Assembly: GCA_963730935.1 (NCBI GenBank)
Contig: CAVSTP010000004.1
Span: 800,001 to 864,000, forward strand
Direction of reading: 5' to 3'
DNA from: an uncultured Nitrospiraceae bacterium
GTDB taxonomy: Bacteria > Nitrospirota > Nitrospiria > Nitrospirales > Nitrospiraceae
Length of the DNA: 64,000 nucleotides
The notes under the pieces are model-generated. The model saw nothing but the letters and a program-made list of their open reading frames with translations, was not told the DNA's origin and did not search any database. The position numbers and the translations under genes were made by a program. Shown here piece after piece: positions 10,151 to 20,006 of the stretch. Positions within the stretch are counted from its first letter, which is position 1. Each line of letters opens with the position of its first letter.

Positions 10151-10282
10151 AGGAAAAGTAGCCTGTCCTCTTTAAATAGTGTCCCCTTTAAATTAGCTGT
10201 AACAAAGCGCCATAATTTAGCGATGGAATTCGCTTATCCGCCCCGAAGGAGCACGTCAGGAGTCGACTGGACATAAAGCTGT

Positions 10283-10891
10283 ATGGAGAACGTCATGAAT
10301 ACTCATAGCTTTGGGTACGGATTCACACTTGGAGCGGCTTTTGCTCTTTTCCTATCCCCTTTTGTGCTGTCTGCGGCAAATAAAGGCTCATCTTCACCCA
10401 GTCTGATCCCTGCCGAACGGGTAGCTGAGTATGTGCACAGCGTGATCCAAGCGGATCGGAGTGTCTACACGACCGAAGTTGTTGAACGAATGAAGACCCA
10501 AGGGATTGTGACTGCTTCCGAGAATTGGAGAGACACAGGAAAACTTCCTTTGCCGGTTCAGTTCTTGATCGAAGCGAGCCGGCTTATGGCAGACAACCCG
10601 AATGGCATTCGATTCAGGCTGATCAGCAGTTGGGCCATCAACAAAGAAAATATGCCGAGGACTGACTTTGAGAAAACTGGACTGTTGCAAATTGCCGTGT
10701 CTCCTGAGCGTCCGTATAAGGGGACGAAGACGGAACATGGCATTGAGTACTTTGAAGCACTTTATCCTGACATAGCGGTCTCCCAGAGTTGCGTCCGCTG
10801 TCATAATGCGCACCCTCAAAGCCCCAAAAAAGATTTCGGGGTGGGAGACGTCATGGGAGGCCTGTTGTTGAGCATTCCGGTCAGCCGATAG
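10283..10891 (+). CDS. DUF3365/Tll0287-like c-type heme protein
   Basis: Signal peptide; LPLP, CVRCH heme motif, GDVMGG. Confidence 0.8.
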   Translation: MENVMNTHSFGYGFTLGAAFALFLSPFVLSAANKGSSSPSLIPAERVAEYVHSVIQADRSVYTTEVVERMKTQGIVTASENWRDTGKLPLPVQFLIEASRLMADNPNGIRFRLISSWAINKENMPRTDFEKTGLLQIAVSPERPYKGTKTEHGIEYFEALYPDIAVSQSCVRCHNAHPQSPKKDFGVGDVMGGLLLSIPVSR

Positions 10892-10913
10892 CAAAATACA
10901 GCCAAGTGAGCAC

Positions 10914-11050
10914 CGGGTCGGGAGTCTTTTCTGACTGACCCATTTCGTGGCGCGGGGTGGGCCGGCTGTTTCCCCGCCTCCCCGCCCATCCCCACCACTC
11001 ATCGCACCTCACACCGCGATAGACCCCGCCTATATCAAAAACGTAGAATG
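10914..11050 (+). repeat. Long array repeat copy
   Basis: GGGTCGGGAGTCTTT adaptor, core, middle module and GTAGAATG. Confidence 0.85.
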
Positions 11051-11083
11051 GGTCGGCTCCGCATTTCCACTACGAGGCGTTTC

Positions 11084-11494
11084 TTGATTCCTGTTATTGT
11101 GGGCGCTCTCCTTGCTGTTGGGGTCGCAACACTGGCTAAGTTCACACACTTCGATGAAGACCGCAGCTTTTATTCCACTGTTCTCATCATCATCGCGTCA
11201 TATTATGTATTGTTCGCGATTTTAGACGGTTCGGGTCATGCCTTGGTGTGGGAACTGATCCTCGCCGTCGCGTTTTCGACAGCAGCGATCATCGGCGCAC
11301 TCTTTCTTCCCACGCTCGTTGGGGCGGGCATCGTTGCACACGGTCTCTTTGATCTTGTGCATGATGTTTTCATTGAGAATTCTGGTGTCCCGACTTGGTG
11401 GCCAAGCTTTTGTGCCAGCATTGATGTCTTGTTGGGAATCTGGGTGATTATCCTTACCCTTAACCGTTCCCGACCGTCATGCTCAATGCGTTAG
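11084..11494 (+). CDS. Integral membrane hypothetical protein
   Basis: Several hydrophobic helices, HGLFDLVH. TTG start after GAGG; the ATG at 11048 comes from the repeat. Confidence 0.7.
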   Translation: MIPVIVGALLAVGVATLAKFTHFDEDRSFYSTVLIIIASYYVLFAILDGSGHALVWELILAVAFSTAAIIGALFLPTLVGAGIVAHGLFDLVHDVFIENSGVPTWWPSFCASIDVLLGIWVIILTLNRSRPSCSMR

Positions 11495-11940
11495 AACTCA
11501 AAGTCCCCCCAGTTGCGCTCGTATTCCTGTTCGGCGCCCTGATGTGGCTTGCCTCTGCTTATTCTCCGTTCACCATCGCACTGCCTTGGCACTCGACGTT
11601 GGCCATTTGTATTGGCATTGTGGGACTCGCGATCGCGGGGGCCGGCGTCTTGAGCTTTCGCCGGGCGGAGACCACCGTCAATCCGCTCACACCGGAAGCG
11701 ACGACAACCATGGTCACCTCGGGCATCTACCGTTTCACTCGTCACCCGATGTACCTGGGCTTCCTGTTTGTTCTTGCTGGGTGGGCGATTTACCTCTCCA
11801 ACCTAGTGGACTTCATATTTCTTCCTCTGTTCGTGTGGTACATGAATCGATTTCAAATCATACCTGAGGAAAGAGTCTTGGGTGCCAAGTTCTCGCATTC
11901 ATTCACAGCGTACAGATCTTCTGTCCGCCGATGGTTATGA
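11479..11940 (+). CDS. Isoprenylcysteine carboxylmethyltransferase / PEMT family protein
   Basis: GIYRFTRHPMYLG, PEERVL, VRRWL. Confidence 0.9.
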   Translation: MLNALELKVPPVALVFLFGALMWLASAYSPFTIALPWHSTLAICIGIVGLAIAGAGVLSFRRAETTVNPLTPEATTTMVTSGIYRFTRHPMYLGFLFVLAGWAIYLSNLVDFIFLPLFVWYMNRFQIIPEERVLGAKFSHSFTAYRSSVRRWL

Positions 11941-12009
11941 TCGCGGCGCGGGGCGGCCCGGCTCGTTGCTCGCCTCACCGCTCCTCGCACATCACACCGC
12001 GATTGAACC
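11941..12009 (+). repeat. Array repeat copy (internally shortened)
   Basis: Core and middle module. Confidence 0.8.
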
Positions 12010-12103
12010 CATGCTCCGCTTCTCTCCCCTCCAAAGTGTCATGTAACCAGCTCACCTCATCGATCGACTAGAAGATACAGCCATCTCACGATCGGAGGTC
12101 AGT

Positions 12104-12511
12104 ATGATCAGGCACATCGTGTTCCTCGGCGTCATCGCGATTTTCGTCCCCTCGCTCTCGTCTTCATCCGATCAGCTCGATTCCAGCGTGTATCAATGTC
12201 CGGGTCCTGCGGGTACCACCCTGTACACCAACCAGAAGCGACCGGGTTGTGAGGAGATGAGCCTTCCCGAGCTGACGATCGCGCCCCATCGAGGCGCCGC
12301 CATTCAATCTAGCAACGCGACGCTCTACGGATCACGCCCGTTCCCGTCTGACTGGTTCGACTATGCCGGATCAGTCGGTTCCTTCCGGAACCGTCTGACA
12401 GAGGGAGGGCTCTACGGCATGCAGGATTGGCTTGACTACGATGCGCCGATAGGCTCGATGCGTAATTCGCCTGCCTATTGGCCAAATCCTTATGGACTAT
12501 ACAGATGGTAA
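12104..12511 (+). CDS. Secreted hypothetical protein (DUF4124-like N-terminus)
   Basis: Signal peptide, VYQC...GTTLYTN, GGAGG RBS. Confidence 0.65.
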   Translation: MIRHIVFLGVIAIFVPSLSSSSDQLDSSVYQCPGPAGTTLYTNQKRPGCEEMSLPELTIAPHRGAAIQSSNATLYGSRPFPSDWFDYAGSVGSFRNRLTEGGLYGMQDWLDYDAPIGSMRNSPAYWPNPYGLYRW

Positions 12512-12530
12512 AACGGCAAAGGGAGAAGTA

Positions 12531-12645
12531 ACCGGGGAGACATTCTAGATTTCGCGGCGCGGGGCAGGCCGGCTCGTTCCTCGTCTTCCCTCTCCCTCCT
12601 GGCCCCTCACCACTCATCGCACCTCACACCGCGATAGACCCCGCC
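12531..12645 (+). repeat. Long array repeat copy
   Basis: GAGACATTCT adaptor, core and middle module. Confidence 0.85.
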
Positions 12646-13174
12646 ATCCCGCCGTCTTTGTGTAAACCACGCTTTCTTTTTACGAATCGACAGTCCCGCC
12701 GGCACCCGGCTGGGCTTTCTTATCCGCGGCGTGCCGCCTCGATTGCGGCGACAGCCTGCATGCACTCACTCACCCAATCGCTCAAAGACCTAACAGATTG
12801 AGGCGTCGCCCGTCTGACGCTCCCGCGATTGCTCCAACACTGAAACGACCTGTCTTCGGTGTATCTATTTCGATCCTGGGAATCTATTTCGATTCCCAGA
12901 TTCCATGCCTTCTTTAGCAACGATTGTTAAGCTTCGTCTGTCTCTAATCGACCCTTACCATTTTAAGGCGTTGATATCGCTGCTACAGCATTGAAGGCAC
13001 TTCGTGTCCAAGATTGGTCCAGCAGTTGCTCATATGTCCTTCAGCATGGGGCAAGGAAACAACGCCATGAGAAGCCTCCTCGATTACCTGCTCGTCCTCA
13101 TAGTGCGATTTGGTGCAGGGTCTGCGCTCGTGATGGTCAAGAATCTCTGTCCCTAGCGAGAGAACGTGGGAAAA

Positions 13175-13518
13175 CAAGAAAAGGGTCGGGAGTCTTTTCT
13201 TGGGGAATAGGAAACGGTGTCAGGAACCATTTCGCGGCGCGTGGCGGGCCGGCCTGTTCCTCGCCTTCCTGCCCTCCCTCTTCACCTCTTCACAACTCAT
13301 CGCACATCACACCGCGATAGCCCCCGCCCACGTGTAGAACGTCTGGATCTCGACCGAAGTCAGACTAGAAATGCTGTCAGGCCAGTTTCGCGGGGGGGGG
13401 CGGGCCGGCTCGTTCCGGGCCTCCCCGTCCTCTGCCTGATCCCTCATCGCTCACCGCACCTCACACCGCGATAGCCCCCTCTTCGGTGTGCAAGAAAAAG
13501 TAGCCTGTCCCCTTTTAA
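13175..13518 (+). repeat. Two tandem long repeat copies ending in a RAYT 5'-end motif
   Basis: Copies at 13175-13367 and 13368-13480, then TGCAAGAAAAAGTAGCCTGTCCCCTTT. Confidence 0.85.
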
Positions 13519-13625
13519 TCAGCGTGCAGCCTTGGAGCATTTCTCCTTTTCGATTGTTTTATGGCTTGCTCTCGTCTAGCTTAGAGTCTTGAGACTGAAG
13601 AATCGCTTTCGCTTATTAGGTGCTT

Positions 13626-13859
13626 ATGATCAAGCGACGGACAACTAAGACAAAGCGAGTGAAGCGGGCTACGAAACCCGCAGGGTCGAAGGCAAGAGTC
13701 AAACGGCCCACTCGCCGTCCCAACAAACAGCTCAAAGCGAAAAAGTCCACGGGACTACGCTCCCTTAAGTCACGAAAGTCCAAATCCGGCCCGTCAGACA
13801 CAAGCTATCTGGCGTGGATTGAAATGACTGAGTCGCCCGAATGGTCGATTGCCAGCTAG
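13626..13859 (+). CDS. Small Lys/Arg-rich hypothetical protein
   Basis: Very basic ORF filling the space between two repeats. Confidence 0.45.
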   Translation: MIKRRTTKTKRVKRATKPAGSKARVKRPTRRPNKQLKAKKSTGLRSLKSRKSKSGPSDTSYLAWIEMTESPEWSIAS

Positions 13860-13860
13860 T

Positions 13861-13930
13861 GGCCCTCGCCACCCCCCCCTTCCCGCTCCTCACCGCTCAT
13901 CGCACTTCACACCGCGATAGACCCCGCCCA
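13861..13930 (+). repeat. Array repeat copy (middle module)
   Basis: CTCACCGCTCATCGCACTTCACACCGCGATAGACCCCGCCC. Confidence 0.8.
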
Positions 13931-14003
13931 TGATGACGTGCGTTCAATTCCTTGAGGACTAGCGGGTGGTGTCATGGCGCTGGAACGTGCGGCCTGCGAG
14001 GTG

Positions 14004-17000
14004 CTAATTTCCTGCTTCCTGAGTCGAGCTTTCCGCCGAGTCGCCGCTTTTGCAGCCGGTGAATAGATTTGCAATCGCCCCAACAAGTTTCTGGCGTTTG
14101 ACGGTACCAGCGGTTCCCCCTTTCGTTCCGTACTCGGGATTTCCCGCTGTCCCTTTCACTGTGACGGTGACGGGCAACATGGTGAAACCGTCCGAAGCCT
14201 TCGCGAATTGATCGAGGCATGGAATCTTGACGTGGCTGGAGAAGGTAGGCCCGACTTTCGGTGAAAATTGAGCGTCGAGCTGGCCGTCCAGTCCGATCTT
14301 CCCTTCGGCCTCGATCGCATACATAGAGCCAATGGCGCGAGTTTGGTTCAGATGCATCCATCCATCCTTGATGTGAAGCTCGACATGAAACGTCTTGAAT
14401 TCTGCACCCTGGAACTCGTCGATGCGGGTGTGCTTTGCGAGGAGCTCCATCACGGGCGACTTGGCGAACCGGCCGTTTTCGACGTCGAACACTGCTATGC
14501 CATTCAGACTATTACGCAACGCCTCGCCCTGGCCCCGACCCGTTCCAGAGGTTGTGAACCTGCCGAGACCGGTTATTCGACCTCCTGGTTCGGTAAAGAG
14601 CGCTTCCGTGATAAGACCGAGATCTAACGCATTTCCTTTTGCGTCCCAGGTGATGTCTTGCTGCCTGTCCTTCTGCGCAATCGCGAATGTCCCCTGCACC
14701 GATCCTCCCGCCAATCCAGTCGGCTCCAGCGTCGCCTGCATACTGTGCCCGTCTCCTTTCGCGAGCAATCTTCCCGCTCCGATTGGGAGGTTCCGATAAG
14801 TCAGGGTCCCGATCGCAAGATCAACATCGATATCCAGCGGCAATGCGAAATCAGCCTTTGTTTCCTTTTTTAATTGAGGCGGTTCCCCAGGGGTGGTCTG
14901 TTGGATTGGGGTGTCGTTTGTAGGTGGCGCCAGTAACGCGGCGTACCAATCTGTGTCGAGCACCTCCACGCTCCCACGGAGTTGCAGGTGGGACCTGAGA
15001 CCCAAGCGGACCGTCCCTTTCATCATCACCCTGTCCGCCCGTCCCATCGGCCGCTCGGCGTTCATGGAGAGTTTCGCGATCTGAATCTCGTCTTCACTGC
15101 GTGTCACGAGGTGCTCGACATGAATTGTGGCCGGCTCAGAGCCGGCCCGACCTTTCACCGCGACCGTGATCGGTCCAACAGTTTCGCTTCCCTGGAAGAC
15201 GACCATTCCACCGGCTCGCTGTGCGACATTCAGCGCTCCAGCCACCACTAAGGGACCCGGCGCGCGGCCGGGAAGGATATCGAGGAAGTCGACGAAGGGC
15301 TGGCTATCCCACTCCTTCACCGTCACGTTCACGGATGCGACCGACGTCGTGGTGGCTTCGGCAATCAGCGGCCATCGGCCGCTGATCAGCAGGGTACCCG
15401 TATTGGTACCGGCAGATTCCATGCTGACCTCGATGCGCTGGAGGTTGGCCGTTGCCCAGGCGCTGTCTAATTCCATCTCGGCCAGTACACCGAATGTCTT
15501 TGTGATCTTGTGAGTCTTATCCAATCGTATGCGCAGCTTCACGGCTCGCAAGTCAGCCTGGAGGGTCAGCGGCTGGTCCGGGCCTGCCCCAACGACTCGA
15601 ACATCCCCGGTGAGGTTGCCTCCTGAAATCATTCTATGTTGCCGTTCCGTTAATAGACCCAGCCGGGCCACGAAGTCGCTCACGTCGGTGGTGTTGACAT
15701 CGAGCGCGAGGTCCGTCGCACCTCCAACATCGGCCGATCCGGTCAGGCGCACCTGCGCGAGCTGTCGGTTGCGGTCCAGCGCTCTGATCGCCCAGGAGTC
15801 GACGGACATGCGCGAGCCGCCGGCAATGGACGCACGAATTTCGGTTTCCAACGTGACGGGAACGCTTGAATGCTTTGTCCCGCGCTGGAATGTGACTCGG
15901 TCCACATCCACGCGGCCGGCGACGGCGATGTCATCGATGCCTTTGAGGCGGACCTTTACGTCAGTGTCAAGCACTCCACCACGGACCCCAGCCAACACTT
16001 GACTGCCGGTCATGGTGATCCATGGACGGACCTGATGCATTCCCAAACGGTTGACACGAAGGTTCAGGGTGATTTCTTCCGCCGCTACACCCGAGTTGGA
16101 GTCATCATTTTTCTTTCCCCGCACGAGGCTCAGCACGAGTGGCCGATCAAGCGCGACCGTGACGACGGGCCGCTGTCCCTCGACCGCCTGGATGCGCATC
16201 CGATCCAGCCGGAGGAGCCGCTCTGTTCGGGCCAGCTTGCCGGTCTGCTCGATCTCGAGATTCAACGGTGGCGCATCGGACGCCGTCGCCGGCATGTGCA
16301 GCTGAAGACCGCGGTTACGCAGATCGACTTTCCACTGTACCTCGCGTTCGTCTACCGCGAGTTCGGCATGGCCATCGATCTGCCCCCGTGCGATGGTGGT
16401 CTCACTCCACAGTGCAAGCAGCAGATTCAGATTCTCGCCGGGCAAGCCCGTAAGCGTCATGTTGCCGCTCAGCGCGGTGAGCCCCGCCGGATCGCCGAGC
16501 CGCCATTGGCCGGTCGCATGCAGCACCGCGACCTGTTTGTCTTTCAGGCTGACCGTCGTCGTCGCTGGGTCAAGTTTCAGCTGCTGCATATCGGTCAATC
16601 TCGACTTCCATTCAGTGACGAACTGTAATGGTCCTGTGCCGGTCCGTCCGCTCCGCTCACTGCTCATCTGGATTCCGGTGCCCTCGACACGGCCTGCCAC
16701 GTCCACGGTCGCCCCATGGTCGTACGTCGAGATGACGAGCCCGCCTTCCAACCGGCCGGCCGCCACTTCCCGCAACGTGTGGCGGCCCAGCAATGCGAGC
16801 CATGGACGGAGATCCCGGATGTCTGATGGAGCCAGGCGCAGAGACAAGACAGCCGGCTGGGGATCCGTCTCTCCCCGTCCCGTTTCTTTCTCAGGCCGAT
16901 CGAGATCGAGCACAACAGGACGATCGAGCGCTCCCGATAGAAGCGTCCTTCCCCTATCGATAACGTTGATGGTCAGAATCTCCATGGTCACGACCATCGT

Positions 17001-18095
17001 GCTGGAATCAAACGATCCAGCGTGTTCTATCGAGAGCTCGACCGGCGGACTCGCCTCGCTTTCGCCGGATCGGAATCGTACATCAGAGCCGGTCGCGTTC
17101 ACTTTCACGGACGTCCGGCTCCCCTCGTTGTGCACGTGGACTTGGGCATTGAACCGGCCCGACTGCACATGCGGACCGGGGGCCTCGCGCAACCAGAGAT
17201 CGAGGATGTCGCCTCTGACGTCTGTCCATATTAGGGAGGCATCGGTCACGGTCGGGCGAGTTGCCCCGTTCGTCTCACCAGTCAAATCAATCGTTCCTAG
17301 TTTCGTTCCGGCGCCGCTGATCGCGAGGTGGGAAGCAGCCTTCAGACTCTGCGATGCAGGTTGATAATTGCCGGCGAGCGCCTGCTCAACCTGGACGACT
17401 TCAGGATCGGCTGGATCGAGGTTGCCAGCGCTGGTTCTGAGGAGGACGTGGTTCAATCCGTTCCACGTTATTGAGGTGCCGTCGGCCGCGATTTCGACGG
17501 GCAGATTGAGGTCGAGTGTGCCCAACAGGTCTGGTATGCCCTCGCGTTCTCTCAGAAAACCGGTTCGGATCGACACGTTCCCGGACTGTCCCGGTCCGAG
17601 CCGGTTCAACATTGCGGAGACCCGCCCCGTGATCCGATGGTCGGCCTGCTCGACGATCACTGTCAGGTCCTCCAAACGAGCCCTTTCGATGGCCACCAGG
17701 GCCGGGCGCGCCCGCGTCTGCCCATTCTCCGCTTCACGTGTGCCAGACGCCATCAACGTCATGTTGATCCAGATCTGGGCCCGCTGCAGTTCGAAGTCGT
17801 CGATCCGCGGTATAGCTCCTGTCATGAATGACCACCACGCGGCGCGGAGTGTGAGCCGTTCTGCATCGATCGTGACTCCCAACATGGGATCCTCGTATCG
17901 GAAGCCCTCGATGTGGAGCAACCCACCAAGCGTGAGCATGCCGTCGCGGACCTCGAACGTGGCTCCGGTGAATTTTGCAGCAAGAGGGACAATAACGTGA
18001 CGGAAGCTGTGTGGCGTCTGCAAATAGACGAGAAGGCTTCCGAGCACAATGAGCGTGACCAACAGAACGAGACCGAGTTTTTCGACTAGACGCAT
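14004..18095 (-). CDS. AsmA-family protein
   Basis: 1363 aa; N-terminal membrane anchor, beta-rich body, AsmA-like C-terminus (GKIGLDG...VTVKGT..NP). Confidence 0.75.
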   Translation of the reverse strand: MRLVEKLGLVLLVTLIVLGSLLVYLQTPHSFRHVIVPLAAKFTGATFEVRDGMLTLGGLLHIEGFRYEDPMLGVTIDAERLTLRAAWWSFMTGAIPRIDDFELQRAQIWINMTLMASGTREAENGQTRARPALVAIERARLEDLTVIVEQADHRITGRVSAMLNRLGPGQSGNVSIRTGFLREREGIPDLLGTLDLNLPVEIAADGTSITWNGLNHVLLRTSAGNLDPADPEVVQVEQALAGNYQPASQSLKAASHLAISGAGTKLGTIDLTGETNGATRPTVTDASLIWTDVRGDILDLWLREAPGPHVQSGRFNAQVHVHNEGSRTSVKVNATGSDVRFRSGESEASPPVELSIEHAGSFDSSTMVVTMEILTINVIDRGRTLLSGALDRPVVLDLDRPEKETGRGETDPQPAVLSLRLAPSDIRDLRPWLALLGRHTLREVAAGRLEGGLVISTYDHGATVDVAGRVEGTGIQMSSERSGRTGTGPLQFVTEWKSRLTDMQQLKLDPATTTVSLKDKQVAVLHATGQWRLGDPAGLTALSGNMTLTGLPGENLNLLLALWSETTIARGQIDGHAELAVDEREVQWKVDLRNRGLQLHMPATASDAPPLNLEIEQTGKLARTERLLRLDRMRIQAVEGQRPVVTVALDRPLVLSLVRGKKNDDSNSGVAAEEITLNLRVNRLGMHQVRPWITMTGSQVLAGVRGGVLDTDVKVRLKGIDDIAVAGRVDVDRVTFQRGTKHSSVPVTLETEIRASIAGGSRMSVDSWAIRALDRNRQLAQVRLTGSADVGGATDLALDVNTTDVSDFVARLGLLTERQHRMISGGNLTGDVRVVGAGPDQPLTLQADLRAVKLRIRLDKTHKITKTFGVLAEMELDSAWATANLQRIEVSMESAGTNTGTLLISGRWPLIAEATTTSVASVNVTVKEWDSQPFVDFLDILPGRAPGPLVVAGALNVAQRAGGMVVFQGSETVGPITVAVKGRAGSEPATIHVEHLVTRSEDEIQIAKLSMNAERPMGRADRVMMKGTVRLGLRSHLQLRGSVEVLDTDWYAALLAPPTNDTPIQQTTPGEPPQLKKETKADFALPLDIDVDLAIGTLTYRNLPIGAGRLLAKGDGHSMQATLEPTGLAGGSVQGTFAIAQKDRQQDITWDAKGNALDLGLITEALFTEPGGRITGLGRFTTSGTGRGQGEALRNSLNGIAVFDVENGRFAKSPVMELLAKHTRIDEFQGAEFKTFHVELHIKDGWMHLNQTRAIGSMYAIEAEGKIGLDGQLDAQFSPKVGPTFSSHVKIPCLDQFAKASDGFTMLPVTVTVKGTAGNPEYGTKGGTAGTVKRQKLVGAIANLFTGCKSGDSAESSTQEAGN

Positions 18096-18240
18096 GGTGC
18101 GTTGCCCTACGTGAGAGACGGGAGCTTACCAGGGCGGGAACACCGACGGAAGGATGAATCTTCGCGGGTGAGGTCAGTTGAACTGATGAAAGTCGTAAGA
18201 CCCGAAGAAGTTGTTTAGGGCATAGCGCCGAATACGAAAG

Positions 18241-18367
18241 CAAATGGTGCCAGGGACGGCGCGGGCGGGCCGGCCCGTTCCTCGCCTCCGCGTCCCTCCC
18301 CGCTCATCGCGCCTCACACCGAGATAGACCCCGCCCACGCGAAAACAAGGGGGCGGGAGTCTTTTCT
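18241..18367 (+). repeat. Long array repeat copy
   Basis: GGTGCCAGG adaptor, core and middle module; no TAGAAT. Confidence 0.85.
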
Positions 18368-18378
18368 TGACACAACCC

Positions 18379-18900
18379 TCATTGACTACCAATGGGAGTG
18401 AACTTCATATCGTCAAAGGTGTCATTGATGGTCTTCCACACGGCCGCTTCTGATTCATGGATCTGATCTGTAGCGGTTGGTGAATCCTGGGCTCCCCTCA
18501 TTTCTCCCAATTGAGGATCCGCATATTTCCACCGTCGCGCGATGCCGTTCGCGTCGTACAGATACCGCACCATATTTCCATCGATCCGCCACTCACAGAT
18601 CTCGCTCCCTCCGCCCTGCGCGATGCAGCGGTCTGGCGGGCCTCTCTCTATGATCCGAGTGTCTTTATATTGCCCGAGCCATTTGTCAAACTCCTCGGAC
18701 AACGCCCGGCGCTCACGATCTTGCGTAGAGGCGCATCCCATGACGGCTGCGAGAATACCCGCTCCTAGGAGCTGCAAAGCGAAGGCTCGGGAAGAGGATA
18801 GAGAACGTGACTGATGTCTGCTCGATGACACAGGTCGTTCCTCGGCTGAACAAGATCCTTCAATACAGAATCGCGTCACCAGCAACCGACACGGGGGCAA
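18379..18900 (-). CDS. Hypothetical lipoprotein (start uncertain)
   Basis: Hydrophobic stretch and VMGC lipobox; WLG...RGPPD motif. Confidence 0.55.
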   Translation of the reverse strand: MPPCRLLVTRFCIEGSCSAEERPVSSSRHQSRSLSSSRAFALQLLGAGILAAVMGCASTQDRERRALSEEFDKWLGQYKDTRIIERGPPDRCIAQGGGSEICEWRIDGNMVRYLYDANGIARRWKYADPQLGEMRGAQDSPTATDQIHESEAAVWKTINDTFDDMKFTPIGSQ

Positions 18901-18902
18901 GA

Positions 18903-19036
18903 TAAAGGGGACAGGCTACTTTGCTAAGTGCTCAATATGGGCCCGGAGCCATCCTCGGGACGTCGCGGGTCGGCCCGATGCTCGGCTCCCCGCCCCCTCA
19001 CCGCTCATCGCACCTCACACCGCGATAGCCCCCGCC
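18903..19036 (+). repeat. Long array repeat copy with RAYT 3'-end adaptor
   Basis: AAAGGGGACAGGCTACTTTGCTAAGTGCT and middle module. Confidence 0.85.
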
Positions 19037-19148
19037 ATCCCGGCGTCTTTGTGTAAAACGCGCTTTCTTTTTACGAATCGACAGTCCCGCCGGCACCCGG
19101 TGATGCTCCCACCGGGCTTCCTGGGAATGTACGCTTGGAAGATCTACC

Positions 19149-19631
19149 TTATCCGCGGCGTGCCACCTCGATTGCGGCGATGTCGATTTTTGTCATCTCC
19201 ATCATCGCATCGAAGGCGCGTTTGGCGGCGGCGGGATCCGGATCAGTTATCGCTTCCGTCAGCGCCACCGGCGTAATCTGCCAGGACAAGCCCCATTTGT
19301 CCTTGCACCAGCCGCACGCACTCTCTTCGCCGCCGTTGCCGACGATCGCGTTCCAGTAACGATCTGTTTCTTCCTGGTCGGCGGTTGCGACTTGAAACGA
19401 AAACGCTTCATTGTGCTTGAATGCCGGTCCACCATTGAGCCCAAGGCAGGGAATTCCCAATACGATAAACTCGACTGTCAACACATCGCCTTTCTTGCCG
19501 GACGGAAAGTCTCCCGGTGCTGTGTACACCGCGCCAACGGATGAATCGGGAAACGTCTTGGCATAAAACTGTGCCGCCTCCTCGGCCTCGCCATCGTACC
19601 AAAGGCAAATCGTGTTCTTTGCTGGCTTCAT
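19149..19631 (-). CDS. VOC family protein (3-demethylubiquinone-9 3-methyltransferase/PhnB-like)
   Basis: LNGGPAF, CGWCKDKWGLSWQI. Confidence 0.9.
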   Translation of the reverse strand: MKPAKNTICLWYDGEAEEAAQFYAKTFPDSSVGAVYTAPGDFPSGKKGDVLTVEFIVLGIPCLGLNGGPAFKHNEAFSFQVATADQEETDRYWNAIVGNGGEESACGWCKDKWGLSWQITPVALTEAITDPDPAAAKRAFDAMMEMTKIDIAAIEVARRG

Positions 19632-19745
19632 ATCACTTCTCCATGTGATGAGCCGCCCGACGACGGAGTAAATCGCAGTCGGACATCAGCTCCACGAATC
19701 GATTGCGCTAGGATGATTACTGGAGTCTACTCCATGAAACTGGGA

Positions 19746-19905
19746 AAGAAAAAGGGGACAGGCTACTTTTCTAAGTGTTTAAATAATGTTCAGGAAGCAT
19801 CTGTCGGCGCGTGACAGGCCGGCTCGTTCGTCGCCTCCCCGCCCCCTCACCGCTCATCGCACCTCACACCGCGATAGACCCCCGCCCACGTGAAAACGTA
19901 AAATG
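19746..19905 (+). repeat. Long array repeat copy with RAYT 3'-end adaptor
   Basis: Adaptor, core, middle module and GTAAAATG. Confidence 0.9.
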
Positions 19906-20006
19906 ATTGGATTTCTTCAACCGATTTTCAGCGTACCCCTCTGCAAATTGCGCGGTTCAGCCGATCTTGCTACAGCGGATGGAGCCAAGGTGTCTTCTTG
20001 GCCATG

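Larger units (their letters stand above)
9450..10173 (-). mobile_element. RAYT element bounded by 19-bp inverted repeats
   Basis: AAAGGGGACAGGCTACTTT (9450-9468) and AAAGTAGCCTGTCCTCTTT (10155-10173), an 18/19 inverted match. Confidence 0.75.

Noticed and set aside
12752..13100. Possible zinc-ribbon gene (RBS + MALFPCP...)
   Set aside because: Multiple stops and frameshifts; too degraded to call.
14268..18000. Long + strand ORFs opposite AsmA (and similar antisense ORFs elsewhere)
   Set aside because: Shadow ORFs of GC-rich coding sequence with no recognisable motifs.
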